From: a virus
Lineage: Duplodnaviria > Caudoviricetes
Reading direction: 5' to 3' (one strand)
DNA: 31,867 bases
Virus record (IMG/VR): IMGVR_UViG_3300020464_000013
Coordinates: 1 to 31,867 of that record
Below, one piece after another: positions 1-8,831 of this stretch. Both the position numbers and the translations under genes were made by a program. The notes beneath the pieces are model-generated. The model was given only the letters and a program-made list of their open reading frames with translations. It searched no databases and was not told where the DNA came from. Position 1 is the first letter of the stretch. Every line of letters starts with the position of its first letter.

Positions 1-24
1 CTATGCAGATACGGAGACAAGAAG

Positions 25-228
25 TTGTTCAACCAGCGTTTTATTAAAGATACTTTAGAACGTGCTGTCGCTACTTTTGCTCAGGCGTGGGTAGCTGCTA
101 TGGCAGTACCGGGACCAGATTGGTCTGACTCATTAAAGGTCGCCGGAGTTGCGGCCCTTGTAGCTATTGGTAAAGCTGTTGCTGCTAGAAAAGTGGGAGA
201 TCCTGAAACGGCATCAGTTACCGGCTAG
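25..228 (+). CDS. Holin, r1t-like family
   Basis: 67 aa, two hydrophobic segments, ERAVATFAQA motif typical of r1t/actinophage holins; GGAG at 13-16 before TTG start. Confidence 0.8.
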   Translation: MFNQRFIKDTLERAVATFAQAWVAAMAVPGPDWSDSLKVAGVAALVAIGKAVAARKVGDPETASVTG

Positions 229-245
229 AAAGATGAGGCTTCTCG

Positions 246-1298
246 GTGTCTTCCTCACCTGCTGTCAATCCCTACAACAAAGACGAGATTGAATACCGAG
301 AGTCGGGGTTCGACTATGCCCCACAATATCCGGGTACTTATAACTACAATCAATCAGGGATTCAATATAACGAATCTAATTTTACGTATGTAAGACGAGA
401 TGTAACAATATCTGCTAGCACGGTTGCGTGTTCAGCGGATCTGTCGCCTGTCTTTACTTATGTTTATACACCGAAACGTCCGGGCGGCGTAGGGTATAGC
501 GCAGGTTATGACTACAACAAAACAGGCTTCGATTACAACGAACGTGATGCCTCCGTTCCAGACAACCGTATCTTGGTGGATTACAGCCAGTCGGGTGTTA
601 GCTATTCTAACCCTGCTGATACTGGTTTTACTGTGGCGGCGATTGCAACGCCAGCCACAATCGGTGTTACGACGACGTTTTCGGCAAGCCCGTCGGTCCC
701 GGCAACTGCTACACCGGCAACGCTCGCCTGTCCGGTAGTAATTGTACCTTCAGCTACTGCCAACTCAATCAGCGTACACGCAGGTATAACTGCTCCAGCT
801 ACCCTCCCCAGTGCCACAATCTCTGCGATTGTTACACCGGCTACAGTGGGATGTCAGGCAACATTCCCCGGCCATTCGCTTTACATAACTGTTGATGCGA
901 CACCGGGAGTAATTGCTGCTACAGCAGCTATGCCTTCTGAAACAGCTAGCGGCAACTTTACGTTCGAAGCTACAACTATTGGAGCTACATCAACAATTGG
1001 CGCTAAACAAGTTTACCGGTTACTTATTATTCCTACAGCTAATACTCTTCCTCCTGTTGGCGTTAAAGAAGAAACGTCACCTGCTGCTTACGCATTAATG
1101 CGTCACTTCCAGCCACGTCCTAAAGGAGATAACATATTTATTGTTGATGGGACAACTGTGCAATCTTACTTACCGCATGACTGGTCAACAGTTACACGGT
1201 GGATATATGGAGGGCACGAAAGTCCAAGAGATTTAACATCTTCAGAAGAATCGTTGTTAGTAGCCGCAGGATATTCATTTAGGGTAGGTCCAGAATAA
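246..1298 (+). CDS. Virion structural protein (fibre/decoration-like) with Tyr heptads and Thr/Ala/Pro repeats
   Basis: GAGG before GTG; repeats YRESGFDY/YNQSGIQY/YNKTGFDY and ATPAT-like units; position among tail genes. Confidence 0.55.
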   Translation: MSSSPAVNPYNKDEIEYRESGFDYAPQYPGTYNYNQSGIQYNESNFTYVRRDVTISASTVACSADLSPVFTYVYTPKRPGGVGYSAGYDYNKTGFDYNERDASVPDNRILVDYSQSGVSYSNPADTGFTVAAIATPATIGVTTTFSASPSVPATATPATLACPVVIVPSATANSISVHAGITAPATLPSATISAIVTPATVGCQATFPGHSLYITVDATPGVIAATAAMPSETASGNFTFEATTIGATSTIGAKQVYRLLIIPTANTLPPVGVKEETSPAAYALMRHFQPRPKGDNIFIVDGTTVQSYLPHDWSTVTRWIYGGHESPRDLTSSEESLLVAAGYSFRVGPE

Positions 1299-1708
1299 TG
1301 CCAATTTATGTTTACCGTTGTCTCGATTGTGGGTTATCACACGAGATACGTCATGGGTTTGATGAAACTTATGACGATGTTTGCAATGCGTGTGGGGGAG
1401 TTGTGCGTAAGCATTTTGGTGCGGTACATATTTCTGCTTCTGCTACTCCGACAAGAGGGATGCATGATGGAAAAGCAATTGATTGGGCTGGAACTAAAGT
1501 TAAAGAAAGAGAAAAAGAAAGAGATATGGCAGCGTACAAACGTTTGCGGTCTGAAGGTATTCAGCCAAAAAGCATTGATGGCGCTGCCAAAATGGAACGA
1601 GAAGCTACAACCTCTCACGAAATTAAAGCTGGGACACTTCTCCAAGGGCCGAAGTCAGAAAAGAAACGTAAAGAACGTGCCCTAAATGACGTTCTTGGGA
1701 GTGGTTAA
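1298..1708 (+). CDS. FmdB-family zinc-ribbon protein
   Basis: MPIYVYRCLDCG...CNACGG matches the FmdB CxxC_CxxC N-terminus; TAATG coupling. Confidence 0.8.
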   Translation: MPIYVYRCLDCGLSHEIRHGFDETYDDVCNACGGVVRKHFGAVHISASATPTRGMHDGKAIDWAGTKVKEREKERDMAAYKRLRSEGIQPKSIDGAAKMEREATTSHEIKAGTLLQGPKSEKKRKERALNDVLGSG

Positions 1709-2610
1709 TGACTGCACAAGGATGGATTGAAGAAACAAGAGACATGCTTTTGTCTGGTTATGTTGAAGAACTACTCCAGTTAGCTTCTAATGCAACAAGT
1801 AGTGAAACGACATTAACTGTTACAGGAGCAGCAAGTTCAGGTATTACTACTGGCGTTATTGTAGAAATAAATACTGAAGCAATGTATGTCACTAGCGTAA
1901 ATGGTACTGATGTCAATGTGATACGTGGGTACGGTGGTTCGTCAGCAACGTCACATACTGCTGGTGACATTGTTCGTGTATCGCCTAAGTTTCCTGCATA
2001 CAGAATTTTAGAAGCACTTAATAATGATTTGCGAGACTTGTCGTCACCTGACAATGGGTTATTCCAAATCAAAACAACAAGTTTTATTTACAATGCATCG
2101 CAAGAAGGTTACAACTTAGCTGGTTTAACAAGCGAAGAAGTCCAATCTATTTATTCAATAACTTATGCAGACCCAATACCTGTTGAAGCAAGTGAACCAG
2201 AGATTCGTTCATGGAAATTAAAAAGAAATAGAGACACAGCTTCTTTTGCTAGTGGCATGGCATTAGTTCTTTATGGACCGGGATGGCCGGGAAAGAAAGT
2301 AACTGTAAGTTATAAATCACCACTTACACTTATCTCAACAACAACAGATGCTAAGTCTGCTACAGGTTTACCAGCTACTGCTTACGATTTACCTCCTCTT
2401 GGAGCAGCGTTAGCATTAATGACTACCGCACCTATTCGCAGAGAATTTCTTGATGCACAAGGATCTCATCGAAGAGCAGAAGAAGTACCACCCGGTGCTA
2501 TTTCTGCGTCTATGAGAGATTTAAGAATGCGTAGAGAAATGCGTGTAGCTGCTGAAGCTGGGCGTATAGCAGCAATGTATCCACAAAACTGGCATCGTAA
2601 CTCTGGTTAA
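1708..2610 (+). CDS. Probable head-tail adaptor / tail tubular A-like protein
   Basis: Helical termini with a beta-rich core; precedes a large tubular-B-like gene; TAATG coupling; call rests mainly on synteny. Confidence 0.5.
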   Translation: MTAQGWIEETRDMLLSGYVEELLQLASNATSSETTLTVTGAASSGITTGVIVEINTEAMYVTSVNGTDVNVIRGYGGSSATSHTAGDIVRVSPKFPAYRILEALNNDLRDLSSPDNGLFQIKTTSFIYNASQEGYNLAGLTSEEVQSIYSITYADPIPVEASEPEIRSWKLKRNRDTASFASGMALVLYGPGWPGKKVTVSYKSPLTLISTTTDAKSATGLPATAYDLPPLGAALALMTTAPIRREFLDAQGSHRRAEEVPPGAISASMRDLRMRREMRVAAEAGRIAAMYPQNWHRNSG

Positions 2611-2612
2611 TT

Positions 2613-4484
2613 ATGGCATTTAACTCCGAGTTTCTCCCAGTCGAATTAGACGGCGTATCATACGAAGTTGACACAACAGAGTATGGGCGTACAACTGTTC
2701 CTGCTTTGCGTCAGCAAAGAGATAACAGTAAAGAACCGGGGGAAAACGCTTTAGACACAAGTGGTGCGTGGACACGCTCACAAACAGACTGGAGTTATGG
2801 TGCTGGTCAAACGCATTTTGATTTGGATGACAGTGATCGTCGTAGGTTTCACACTTCTTCAGGCATTGATCCGTGGACTAAAGGCTCGATCACTCTCTTA
2901 CCCATAACAGAACAAAAGAAAAGTGGAGCAGGTACAACACAAAAAGTAAGACGAGTAGGCACTTATCTCTACTACACAGAATCAGAAACAGTAGCTTTTA
3001 CTAATGGCCCGACTGCTGCATCGCCTACATGGCAAGACTTTACCGCTCGTGCTGGATATTCAATTACAGATTTACATTCTGATAGCACTCATATTTTTTT
3101 AGCTTTTGGTTCAGGCGCAGCAATTGCTCGATCCACAATTAACACCACCACAATAGATGCGGCATGGCCGTCAAGTGGAACGCAAGCTGCTGATTTAATA
3201 CGAGTAGCATCAGGCCGACTAATTGGAGCGCTCGGAGCAAACATTTTTGAGATTGGCGCTAACGGAGCCAAACTTGCTAGCTCTCTTGACTATACCCCAG
3301 CGCTTTCTTCAACTACTTGGGTATCAGTATGCGGTGGACCATCAGGAATATTTGCTGCTGCTAACTCAGACAACACTGGAACTATTTACCACGTAGATGT
3401 AAACCCAACAGACGGTACATTGCAAACTCCAGTCATTGGTGGTCAGCTTCCACACGGAGAAGAAATAAACGAGATCAGTGCATACGGCGGTGTGCTGCTT
3501 ATAGCAACGTCAGTAGGGCTACGTACTGCTGCAATAGATACTTCATCTAATGCAGTATCAATCGGCCCAGTCATTGACAATGGAGGCGAAGCATTCTGTT
3601 TAGAAACAGATTCACGTTTCGTATGGTGGGGTGGCGCATCAGGCAAACTTTATCGCGGCGACCTATCTAAATTTACATCAGTGTTAGTTCCTTCGTGGGC
3701 ACCAGACATTGTGTCAGTAGCTGGAAGCGCATCAGACATTCAATCTGTAGCACGACTAGGAAACAAAACATATTTTGCAGACAAAGGCAACGGTTGTTAC
3801 GGAGAATCAGGCGCTGGAGTTAAAGTCGCAACAGGAACCTTAACTGTTGGAGAAGTATCGTGGTCAACAGTAGCTCCAAAACTATTAAGAAACGTTACTG
3901 TTCGACAAGACCGTGATCAATACACCTTTGGTGATACTGATTACAACGCTACAGCAACTGACTACCGAGACTCAGACCTCGAATACCGAGGTGACCCTAC
4001 ATCTACACTCTTAGGCACAATTTCTTTTGCAGCAACAAACGACGAAAACTCTACGTCTAGTCTTTCTTTGACTCCGAACGTTGCTAAAAACTTTACATTT
4101 GTTACTGAATCATCTGTCTCTTACAAATTTGTAATAACTATTGGACGACATACAGACACAACATCAGCACCAATAGTTGAAGACTGGTTAACCACTTGCA
4201 TAGTCACACCAAGTCGTGTGGACGAAATTATTTTGCCTGTTGTTTTACGAAGACAAGTATTGACATCACGCAACAGCGGTGCTCCTGTAGCATTTAATAC
4301 TAAAGAAGTTTTCGACACACTACGCAGTCGCATGGAATCGGGGCAAACGTTGACATACAAAGAAGGTGACCGATCAGAGAACGTAACTATTGAACGTATC
4401 TCTATGCGACCCGACCGATTATCAGACGATGGATCATGGTGGGAAGGTACCCTTTTAGTAAGGCTTCTAACAGTCCCAAGCTAG
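2613..4484 (+). CDS. Tail protein (nozzle / tubular B-like, beta-propeller-rich)
   Basis: 623 aa beta-rich Ser/Thr/Gly protein with QTDWSYGAGQ motif and propeller-like repeats; synteny. Confidence 0.55.
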   Translation: MAFNSEFLPVELDGVSYEVDTTEYGRTTVPALRQQRDNSKEPGENALDTSGAWTRSQTDWSYGAGQTHFDLDDSDRRRFHTSSGIDPWTKGSITLLPITEQKKSGAGTTQKVRRVGTYLYYTESETVAFTNGPTAASPTWQDFTARAGYSITDLHSDSTHIFLAFGSGAAIARSTINTTTIDAAWPSSGTQAADLIRVASGRLIGALGANIFEIGANGAKLASSLDYTPALSSTTWVSVCGGPSGIFAAANSDNTGTIYHVDVNPTDGTLQTPVIGGQLPHGEEINEISAYGGVLLIATSVGLRTAAIDTSSNAVSIGPVIDNGGEAFCLETDSRFVWWGGASGKLYRGDLSKFTSVLVPSWAPDIVSVAGSASDIQSVARLGNKTYFADKGNGCYGESGAGVKVATGTLTVGEVSWSTVAPKLLRNVTVRQDRDQYTFGDTDYNATATDYRDSDLEYRGDPTSTLLGTISFAATNDENSTSSLSLTPNVAKNFTFVTESSVSYKFVITIGRHTDTTSAPIVEDWLTTCIVTPSRVDEIILPVVLRRQVLTSRNSGAPVAFNTKEVFDTLRSRMESGQTLTYKEGDRSENVTIERISMRPDRLSDDGSWWEGTLLVRLLTVPS

Positions 4485-4491
4485 GGGAACC

Positions 4492-5247
4492 GTGGCTAAA
4501 ACTTTATTCTTTGATATAGAAACAGCACCTAACCTCAGCTATGTCTGGGGTCAATGGCAACAAGATGTCATCGAACACACCAGAGAGTGGTACATCATAT
4601 GTTTCTCATACAAATGGGAACACGAAAAGAAAACACACGTCGTATCTTTAGACGACTTTGATCTTTACAACGAAGAACCCGAAAACGATTTCGATGTTGC
4701 CTACAAACTCTGGGAATTATTAGACGAAGCAGACATAGTAATAGGCCACAACTCAGACGCATTCGATATCAAAAAAGCCAACGCACGTTTCGTTTACCAC
4801 AACTTTGGACCCACTGGCCCTTACCAAACCGTTGACACATTAAAGATCGCACGTAAACATTTTAAATTTAACAGCAACAGACTCGGACATCTCGGAGAAC
4901 ACCTTGGACTCGGGGGAAAAGAAGTCACAGGAGGATTCCAAACATGGGCAGGTTGTATGAAGGGTGAAGCTAAAGCATGGGGAACAATGAAAAAATACGC
5001 CAAACAAGACGTAGATCTTTTAGTAGATGTTTACGAACGACTACGACCGTGGATGACCAACCATCCAAACAGAAACGTAATTGATTCAACCTCTCGTGCA
5101 TGCCCTACATGTGGCAGCGACAGGTTACAAAAACGTGGAGTTCGATGTACCCGAACGATGAGCTATCAAACATATCAATGTCAACGCTGTCGTTCTTATT
5201 GCAGAGAAAGACTAACTAATACTTCTGCACGCCCCGAAGTAGTTTAA
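4492..5247 (+). CDS. RNase H-like / DnaQ-superfamily 3'-5' exonuclease with C-terminal Zn ribbon
   Basis: Exo motifs FFDIET, GHNSDAFD, YAKQDV; CPTCG...YQCQRC. Confidence 0.85.
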   Translation: MAKTLFFDIETAPNLSYVWGQWQQDVIEHTREWYIICFSYKWEHEKKTHVVSLDDFDLYNEEPENDFDVAYKLWELLDEADIVIGHNSDAFDIKKANARFVYHNFGPTGPYQTVDTLKIARKHFKFNSNRLGHLGEHLGLGGKEVTGGFQTWAGCMKGEAKAWGTMKKYAKQDVDLLVDVYERLRPWMTNHPNRNVIDSTSRACPTCGSDRLQKRGVRCTRTMSYQTYQCQRCRSYCRERLTNTSARPEVV

Positions 5248-5411
5248 TCAAAATTATATCGAGCACGCAAAGTACGCTCGTTATCTTCAGCCAAGATACG
5301 TGCCTTGCATTTCTTGCAACGACACTCACCAATTAAATACTTAGCTAACGTTCCATGTTTTTTGAAGTCGCCCTTGTCCCACCTAATGTGACCAAGGTCG
5401 TCTACAAACAT
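5244..5411 (-). CDS. Small HGT..Y..CRCxxC Zn-binding protein (55 aa; not in ORF track)
   Basis: Manual translation MFVDDLGHIRWDKGDFKKHGTLAKYLIGECRCKKCKARILAEDNERTLRARYNFD; TAATG-coupled to upstream ORF; stop overlaps the exonuclease stop. Confidence 0.75.
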   Translation of the reverse strand: MFVDDLGHIRWDKGDFKKHGTLAKYLIGECRCKKCKARILAEDNERTLRARYNFD

Positions 5412-5581
5412 TAGTAATCTTCAGGATTAGACGCTTCATCCTTGAAGATGGTAGCCATACGCAGAGCTTCTTCTTTAGTTCTATACCACTCACGCATCTG
5501 GCTGTCACATATCACTGCATACCCCGGAAGACTAAGACCTGCTCCCAATCGTGCAACTACTTTTTCTACTTTTACATTCAT
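5411..5581 (-). CDS. Hypothetical protein (56 aa; not in ORF track)
   Basis: MNVKVEKVVARLGAGLSLPGYAVICDSQMREWYRTKEEALRMATIFKDEASNPEDY; RBS GGAGAAAAG upstream. Confidence 0.75.
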   Translation of the reverse strand: MNVKVEKVVARLGAGLSLPGYAVICDSQMREWYRTKEEALRMATIFKDEASNPEDY

Positions 5582-5610
5582 CGCTTTTCTCCAATCACGA
5601 TGTCCCTTTT

Positions 5611-5619
5611 ATTTTACCA
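5611..5619 (-). promoter_or_regulatory. Extended -10 promoter TGgTAAAAT
   Basis: Reverse complement of attttacca; about 30 nt upstream of ATG 5581. Confidence 0.6.
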
Positions 5620-5639
5620 CGCTAGGTGAGAATTAGGGC

Positions 5640-5679
5640 GGGATGGTGAGGTAGAAAGGAGAAAACACCCCCACATCCC
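5640..5679 (-). ncRNA. Hairpin with anti-SD loop (terminator and/or sRNA)
   Basis: GGGAUG-UGGGG.../...CCUCA-C-CAUCCC stem with a G-U pair on minus; loop contains UUUUCUCCUUUCU. Confidence 0.5.
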
Positions 5680-5700
5680 ATCACCGGCAATGCAGACCGG

Positions 5701-6090
5701 CTAGCCCTTAGACCTTAGTTGCTCCTTTAACTCTCTCAATCGACGTACATTCTCTTCGATTGAAAGCGACTCCTTTTTATTCAACGCTAACGCTTGCTTA
5801 GTCTTGACAGCATCGTCAATGTTACACACTCTAGCCCCACTTTCCTCAGCGTTTCTCCTCAACGCTGTCTCAAACGCAGCTTCAGTATAACCCCACGTAA
5901 TGTTCAATGCGTTATAACACTCATCAATAGTCCAACCTGCGGCATGTGCAGTCTCAACAATATGACGTATCCGTGCAGGCTTAACACTTATAGGTTTCTT
6001 GGCAAGAGTTTTCCACCAAGCATTTAACATCTCAGTTAGATCAGTAAAAACTTGTACTCGTTGCACTTCCATCTTTATCACTTTGCCCAT
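5701..6090 (-). CDS. Hypothetical protein
   Basis: 129 aa ORF, RBS AAAGGAGAGG, C-terminal coiled coil. Confidence 0.75.
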   Translation of the reverse strand: MGKVIKMEVQRVQVFTDLTEMLNAWWKTLAKKPISVKPARIRHIVETAHAAGWTIDECYNALNITWGYTEAAFETALRRNAEESGARVCNIDDAVKTKQALALNKKESLSIEENVRRLRELKEQLRSKG

Positions 6091-6430
6091 GTATCCTCTC
6101 CTTTATTAACTGTGCAAAGTTATGCAATTCCATAACGACGTACGCTCCTCCTGTCCCAAAATTACGTCGCTTTACAATAGCTGCCCCGAAGACAGCTTCA
6201 GCATTAACTCTTTCTTGCTCTGTCTCTTTCATAATTTGAGACAAAGATGAGAGAGCATCCTTTCTATTCTTACATTCAAATACAAATTCAGGTAAGTCTA
6301 GACAACGAATGTCCCCTACATCTTTAGTCCCAACAAGAGGTAACCGCATAAACTCAGACTTCGTATAGCTTTGCAAATACCTAACACACTCAGTCTCCCA
6401 AGCGGTCCCCTTCTGTTTAGCTTTACTCAT
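6041..6430 (-). CDS. Holliday junction resolvase, Hjc-like PD-(D/E)xK
   Basis: KQKGTAWE, DVGDI and FECKN motifs. Confidence 0.8.
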   Translation of the reverse strand: MSKAKQKGTAWETECVRYLQSYTKSEFMRLPLVGTKDVGDIRCLDLPEFVFECKNRKDALSSLSQIMKETEQERVNAEAVFGAAIVKRRNFGTGGAYVVMELHNFAQLIKERIHGQSDKDGSATSTSFY

Positions 6431-6702
6431 ACATCACTTATATCAGGGGGCAAATGATCTGCCTCATCAAGATGATCTTTATAAAAGTCATACGTCGTTT
6501 GAATTAAAAACGACATAGCTTGCATAAGTTTATTATTGCTATCCATTTGTTGATCAGAAGGATGATGCTCAAACGATTCAATGATTTCTGATGCATGCAT
6601 TTCAAATCGAACTGCAAAATCCTTAGGAACTACAAACGATAATATAGTTAATTCGTCTGCTAACACTGGAACTATAACGCTTTGTGGTTCATATTCATCC
6701 AT
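6427..6702 (-). CDS. Hypothetical acidic protein
   Basis: 91 aa; coupled by TAATG and ATGA overlaps. Confidence 0.7.
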   Translation of the reverse strand: MDEYEPQSVIVPVLADELTILSFVVPKDFAVRFEMHASEIIESFEHHPSDQQMDSNNKLMQAMSFLIQTTYDFYKDHLDEADHLPPDISDV

Positions 6703-7094
6703 TAAAAAGGTTCCTGATCGTCGGCAAAAGCAGCCTGCACACTCTGTGCTGCTGCCTTGTCAACATTACCACTTGCTTCACCTTTCGGATGCCAACGATA
6801 CGACGGACCACCTTCATCTGCATACAGACAAAGCTTGCTACGTTTCTCACCTTCTTTAGTTTCCCAGTTGTCTTGTTTCATGCGACCAGTAAACATCACA
6901 CGAGAACCTTTAGACAGTTCTGAAATGCGTTCAGCAAGATCACCAAAACATTTGACATCAAACCAATGGGTCTCTTTAGAATCGTCACGACCTGTAGTTA
7001 CAGCCACAGGCACAGTGACAAACGCATTACCTGCTTGCGAGTAACGCAACGTCAAATCAGAACCAACGTTACCTGCAATAGAAATATTACTCAT
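6702..7094 (-). CDS. ssb: Single-stranded DNA-binding protein
   Basis: IAGNVGSDLTLRY, WFDVKCFGDLAE, KGSRVMFTGRM, acidic tail DDQEPF; start moved to MSNISIAG (7094). Confidence 0.92.
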   Translation of the reverse strand: MSNISIAGNVGSDLTLRYSQAGNAFVTVPVAVTTGRDDSKETHWFDVKCFGDLAERISELSKGSRVMFTGRMKQDNWETKEGEKRSKLCLYADEGGPSYRWHPKGEASGNVDKAAAQSVQAAFADDQEPF

Positions 7095-7509
7095 TACTTT
7101 CTTCCTCTCTCTTTTCAAGAATGTCAGCGAGAACATAGTTCCCGTCATGCTTATGCCAAAGATGTAGACCTAAGCCCAACCTCATAGCACATCGTTTAAT
7201 ACCGTCAGACGCACAAGCTTTTAACCGTGCACCATCCGTCTTCCAATTGTTTGGATTCTCACACTCACCAACCTCTTGAATCGAGGTAGTTCGTCCATCA
7301 ATCTCAACAGTAAGAGTGCAGAGGCAACCAGTGAGAGTACCATCAGCATCCCTAACAAGAGTATCAATAGCAAAATCATACGGACCTACAATTCCTAATA
7401 AGAATTGCGACACGATACCGTGAGGCACATACGATGCAGCAAACTTTCCCGGTTTGGTTTCAATAAACCTGTCTGAAAATGGTGTTGCTAACTTACTTAA
7501 CTGACTCAT
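7087..7509 (-). CDS. Rad52/Sak-like single-strand annealing protein
   Basis: YVPHGIV and KACASDGIKRCAMRLGLGLHLW are Rad52/Sak signatures; lies between exonuclease and ssb. Confidence 0.8.
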   Translation of the reverse strand: MSQLSKLATPFSDRFIETKPGKFAASYVPHGIVSQFLLGIVGPYDFAIDTLVRDADGTLTGCLCTLTVEIDGRTTSIQEVGECENPNNWKTDGARLKACASDGIKRCAMRLGLGLHLWHKHDGNYVLADILEKREEESNE

Positions 7510-8287
7510 TTGTCTCCTTTATTACAAGATCGATTACATCAACAATGTTTATGTCACCGTGCTGTTCGCAGATGTCGTAGTACGGGCAGTAATTACATTC
7601 CCAAGGAATTTCTGTTCCCCAATACGACCGCAAACCTTCTGGTATAACACCAGTATTCAGGTAGCTTTTAGCCATACGTGCATGGTCTTCTAAGAAATAT
7701 GTAGTAGCTACATTGATTGACGTTCCGCTTTCATCAAACGATTCGTAGATGTCATATAGCCACTCGACCATATCTCCTGCACGAGCGCTGTCTTTCCAAC
7801 GTCCCGGCGTAGCATCAGTACAAATGTAAACCAAATGTATTTTTGTTACACCTAACGCTAAAGCATACGCACATGCTTGAAACAAGTGTTCTTCTTTAGG
7901 TCCTTCGTTACGTGCTTTACGAAACCCATAGTTCCGCATCGTTTTAATTTCTAAAACGGTGTGATCGTAGACCCCATCAGCATGACCAGACGTTAAACAC
8001 TCAGGAATACTGACTTCAACTTCACACTCAAAGTTAGGCACCCGTTCCTTAAACGCTGTTTGTACATGCCCATGCATAGTGTTGCCTATTTCTTTAGCAA
8101 CAAACCCATTCACAGCATTAGGACCTGCCTCTATACGAGGCACTCCCATGCCATCGAATACCTGTTTGCGTGCACACGTAGTGACATTAGATATCCGAAG
8201 AAACGACCCATCAGCAGTCGGTTTATTCGCAGGATGACGTATGTATTCTTCCAGCACACTTTGCGCTGGACCCGTTTCGTACTGCAT
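7493..8287 (-). CDS. Cas4-like PD-(D/E)xK exonuclease with 4-Cys cluster
   Basis: TCARK...GHADG...EIKT...QACAY...ECNYCPYYDIC. Confidence 0.85.
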   Translation of the reverse strand: MQYETGPAQSVLEEYIRHPANKPTADGSFLRISNVTTCARKQVFDGMGVPRIEAGPNAVNGFVAKEIGNTMHGHVQTAFKERVPNFECEVEVSIPECLTSGHADGVYDHTVLEIKTMRNYGFRKARNEGPKEEHLFQACAYALALGVTKIHLVYICTDATPGRWKDSARAGDMVEWLYDIYESFDESGTSINVATTYFLEDHARMAKSYLNTGVIPEGLRSYWGTEIPWECNYCPYYDICEQHGDINIVDVIDLVIKETNESVK

Positions 8288-8313
8288 TATTCTCCCTTTC
8301 TACATGCAGTTTA

Positions 8314-8457
8314 TCAATTCCCTCGGGCTTCATCAATGCGGCGATCCCAATAATTTGACTCAGCAACTTCGATAGCTTCGAGCATTTCTTCGTACTCATC
8401 GTCACTCAAATCTGCATAAGGATCATCAGGCGGATCAGGGCTAATATACACATCCAT
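8314..8457 (-). CDS. Small very acidic protein (47 aa)
   Basis: Start moved to MDVYISPD with GGAG RBS; 16 D/E. Confidence 0.65.
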   Translation of the reverse strand: MDVYISPDPPDDPYADLSDDEYEEMLEAIEVAESNYWDRRIDEARGN

Positions 8458-8459
8458 TA

Positions 8460-8831
8460 TTACTCCTTCCAATATTCGTAATAGTAAGTAGCTGTTGTAC
8501 GCCACACATACTGCGGACCAGCATGACGTTTCTTACGTTTAGACAACCGAGTCTCTTGACGATTACACTCACCACAAACAACAGGCTCAATCAAACCAGC
8601 CTTCTGTGCTCGCTTCATCAATGGGCCAAGCACTCTAGCATTATCTAACTTGACACCCATACATTCCAACACAGCATGAACTTCATCAGTAGTCCACGAA
8701 TTATGTGGTGCTGTAGTACGACAGACCTTAGCTATCGCATGTTTAGCAGCAACCTTCTGGGATGGACGGGCACCTAACTCTGCCCGTGCCATCCCAATAT
8801 CACGTTGCTGCCTTCCTTCACTCTCCGACAT
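8460..8831 (-). CDS. Hypothetical protein, possible winged-helix with CxxC
   Basis: WTTDEV...LGPLMKRAQKAGLIE pattern; CGEC. Confidence 0.65.
   Translation of the reverse strand: MSESEGRQQRDIGMARAELGARPSQKVAAKHAIAKVCRTTAPHNSWTTDEVHAVLECMGVKLDNARVLGPLMKRAQKAGLIEPVVCGECNRQETRLSKRKKRHAGPQYVWRTTATYYYEYWKE

Noticed and set aside
5442-5636. Plus-strand 64-aa ORF, and AAAGGAG at 5655-5661 as a plus-strand RBS
   Set aside because: The minus-strand ORF with RBS and promoter explains the region; no start codon follows the plus-strand SD at a usable distance
7493-8287. CRISPR-Cas system suggested by the Cas4-like gene
   Set aside because: No repeat-spacer array or other cas genes; context is a phage recombination module
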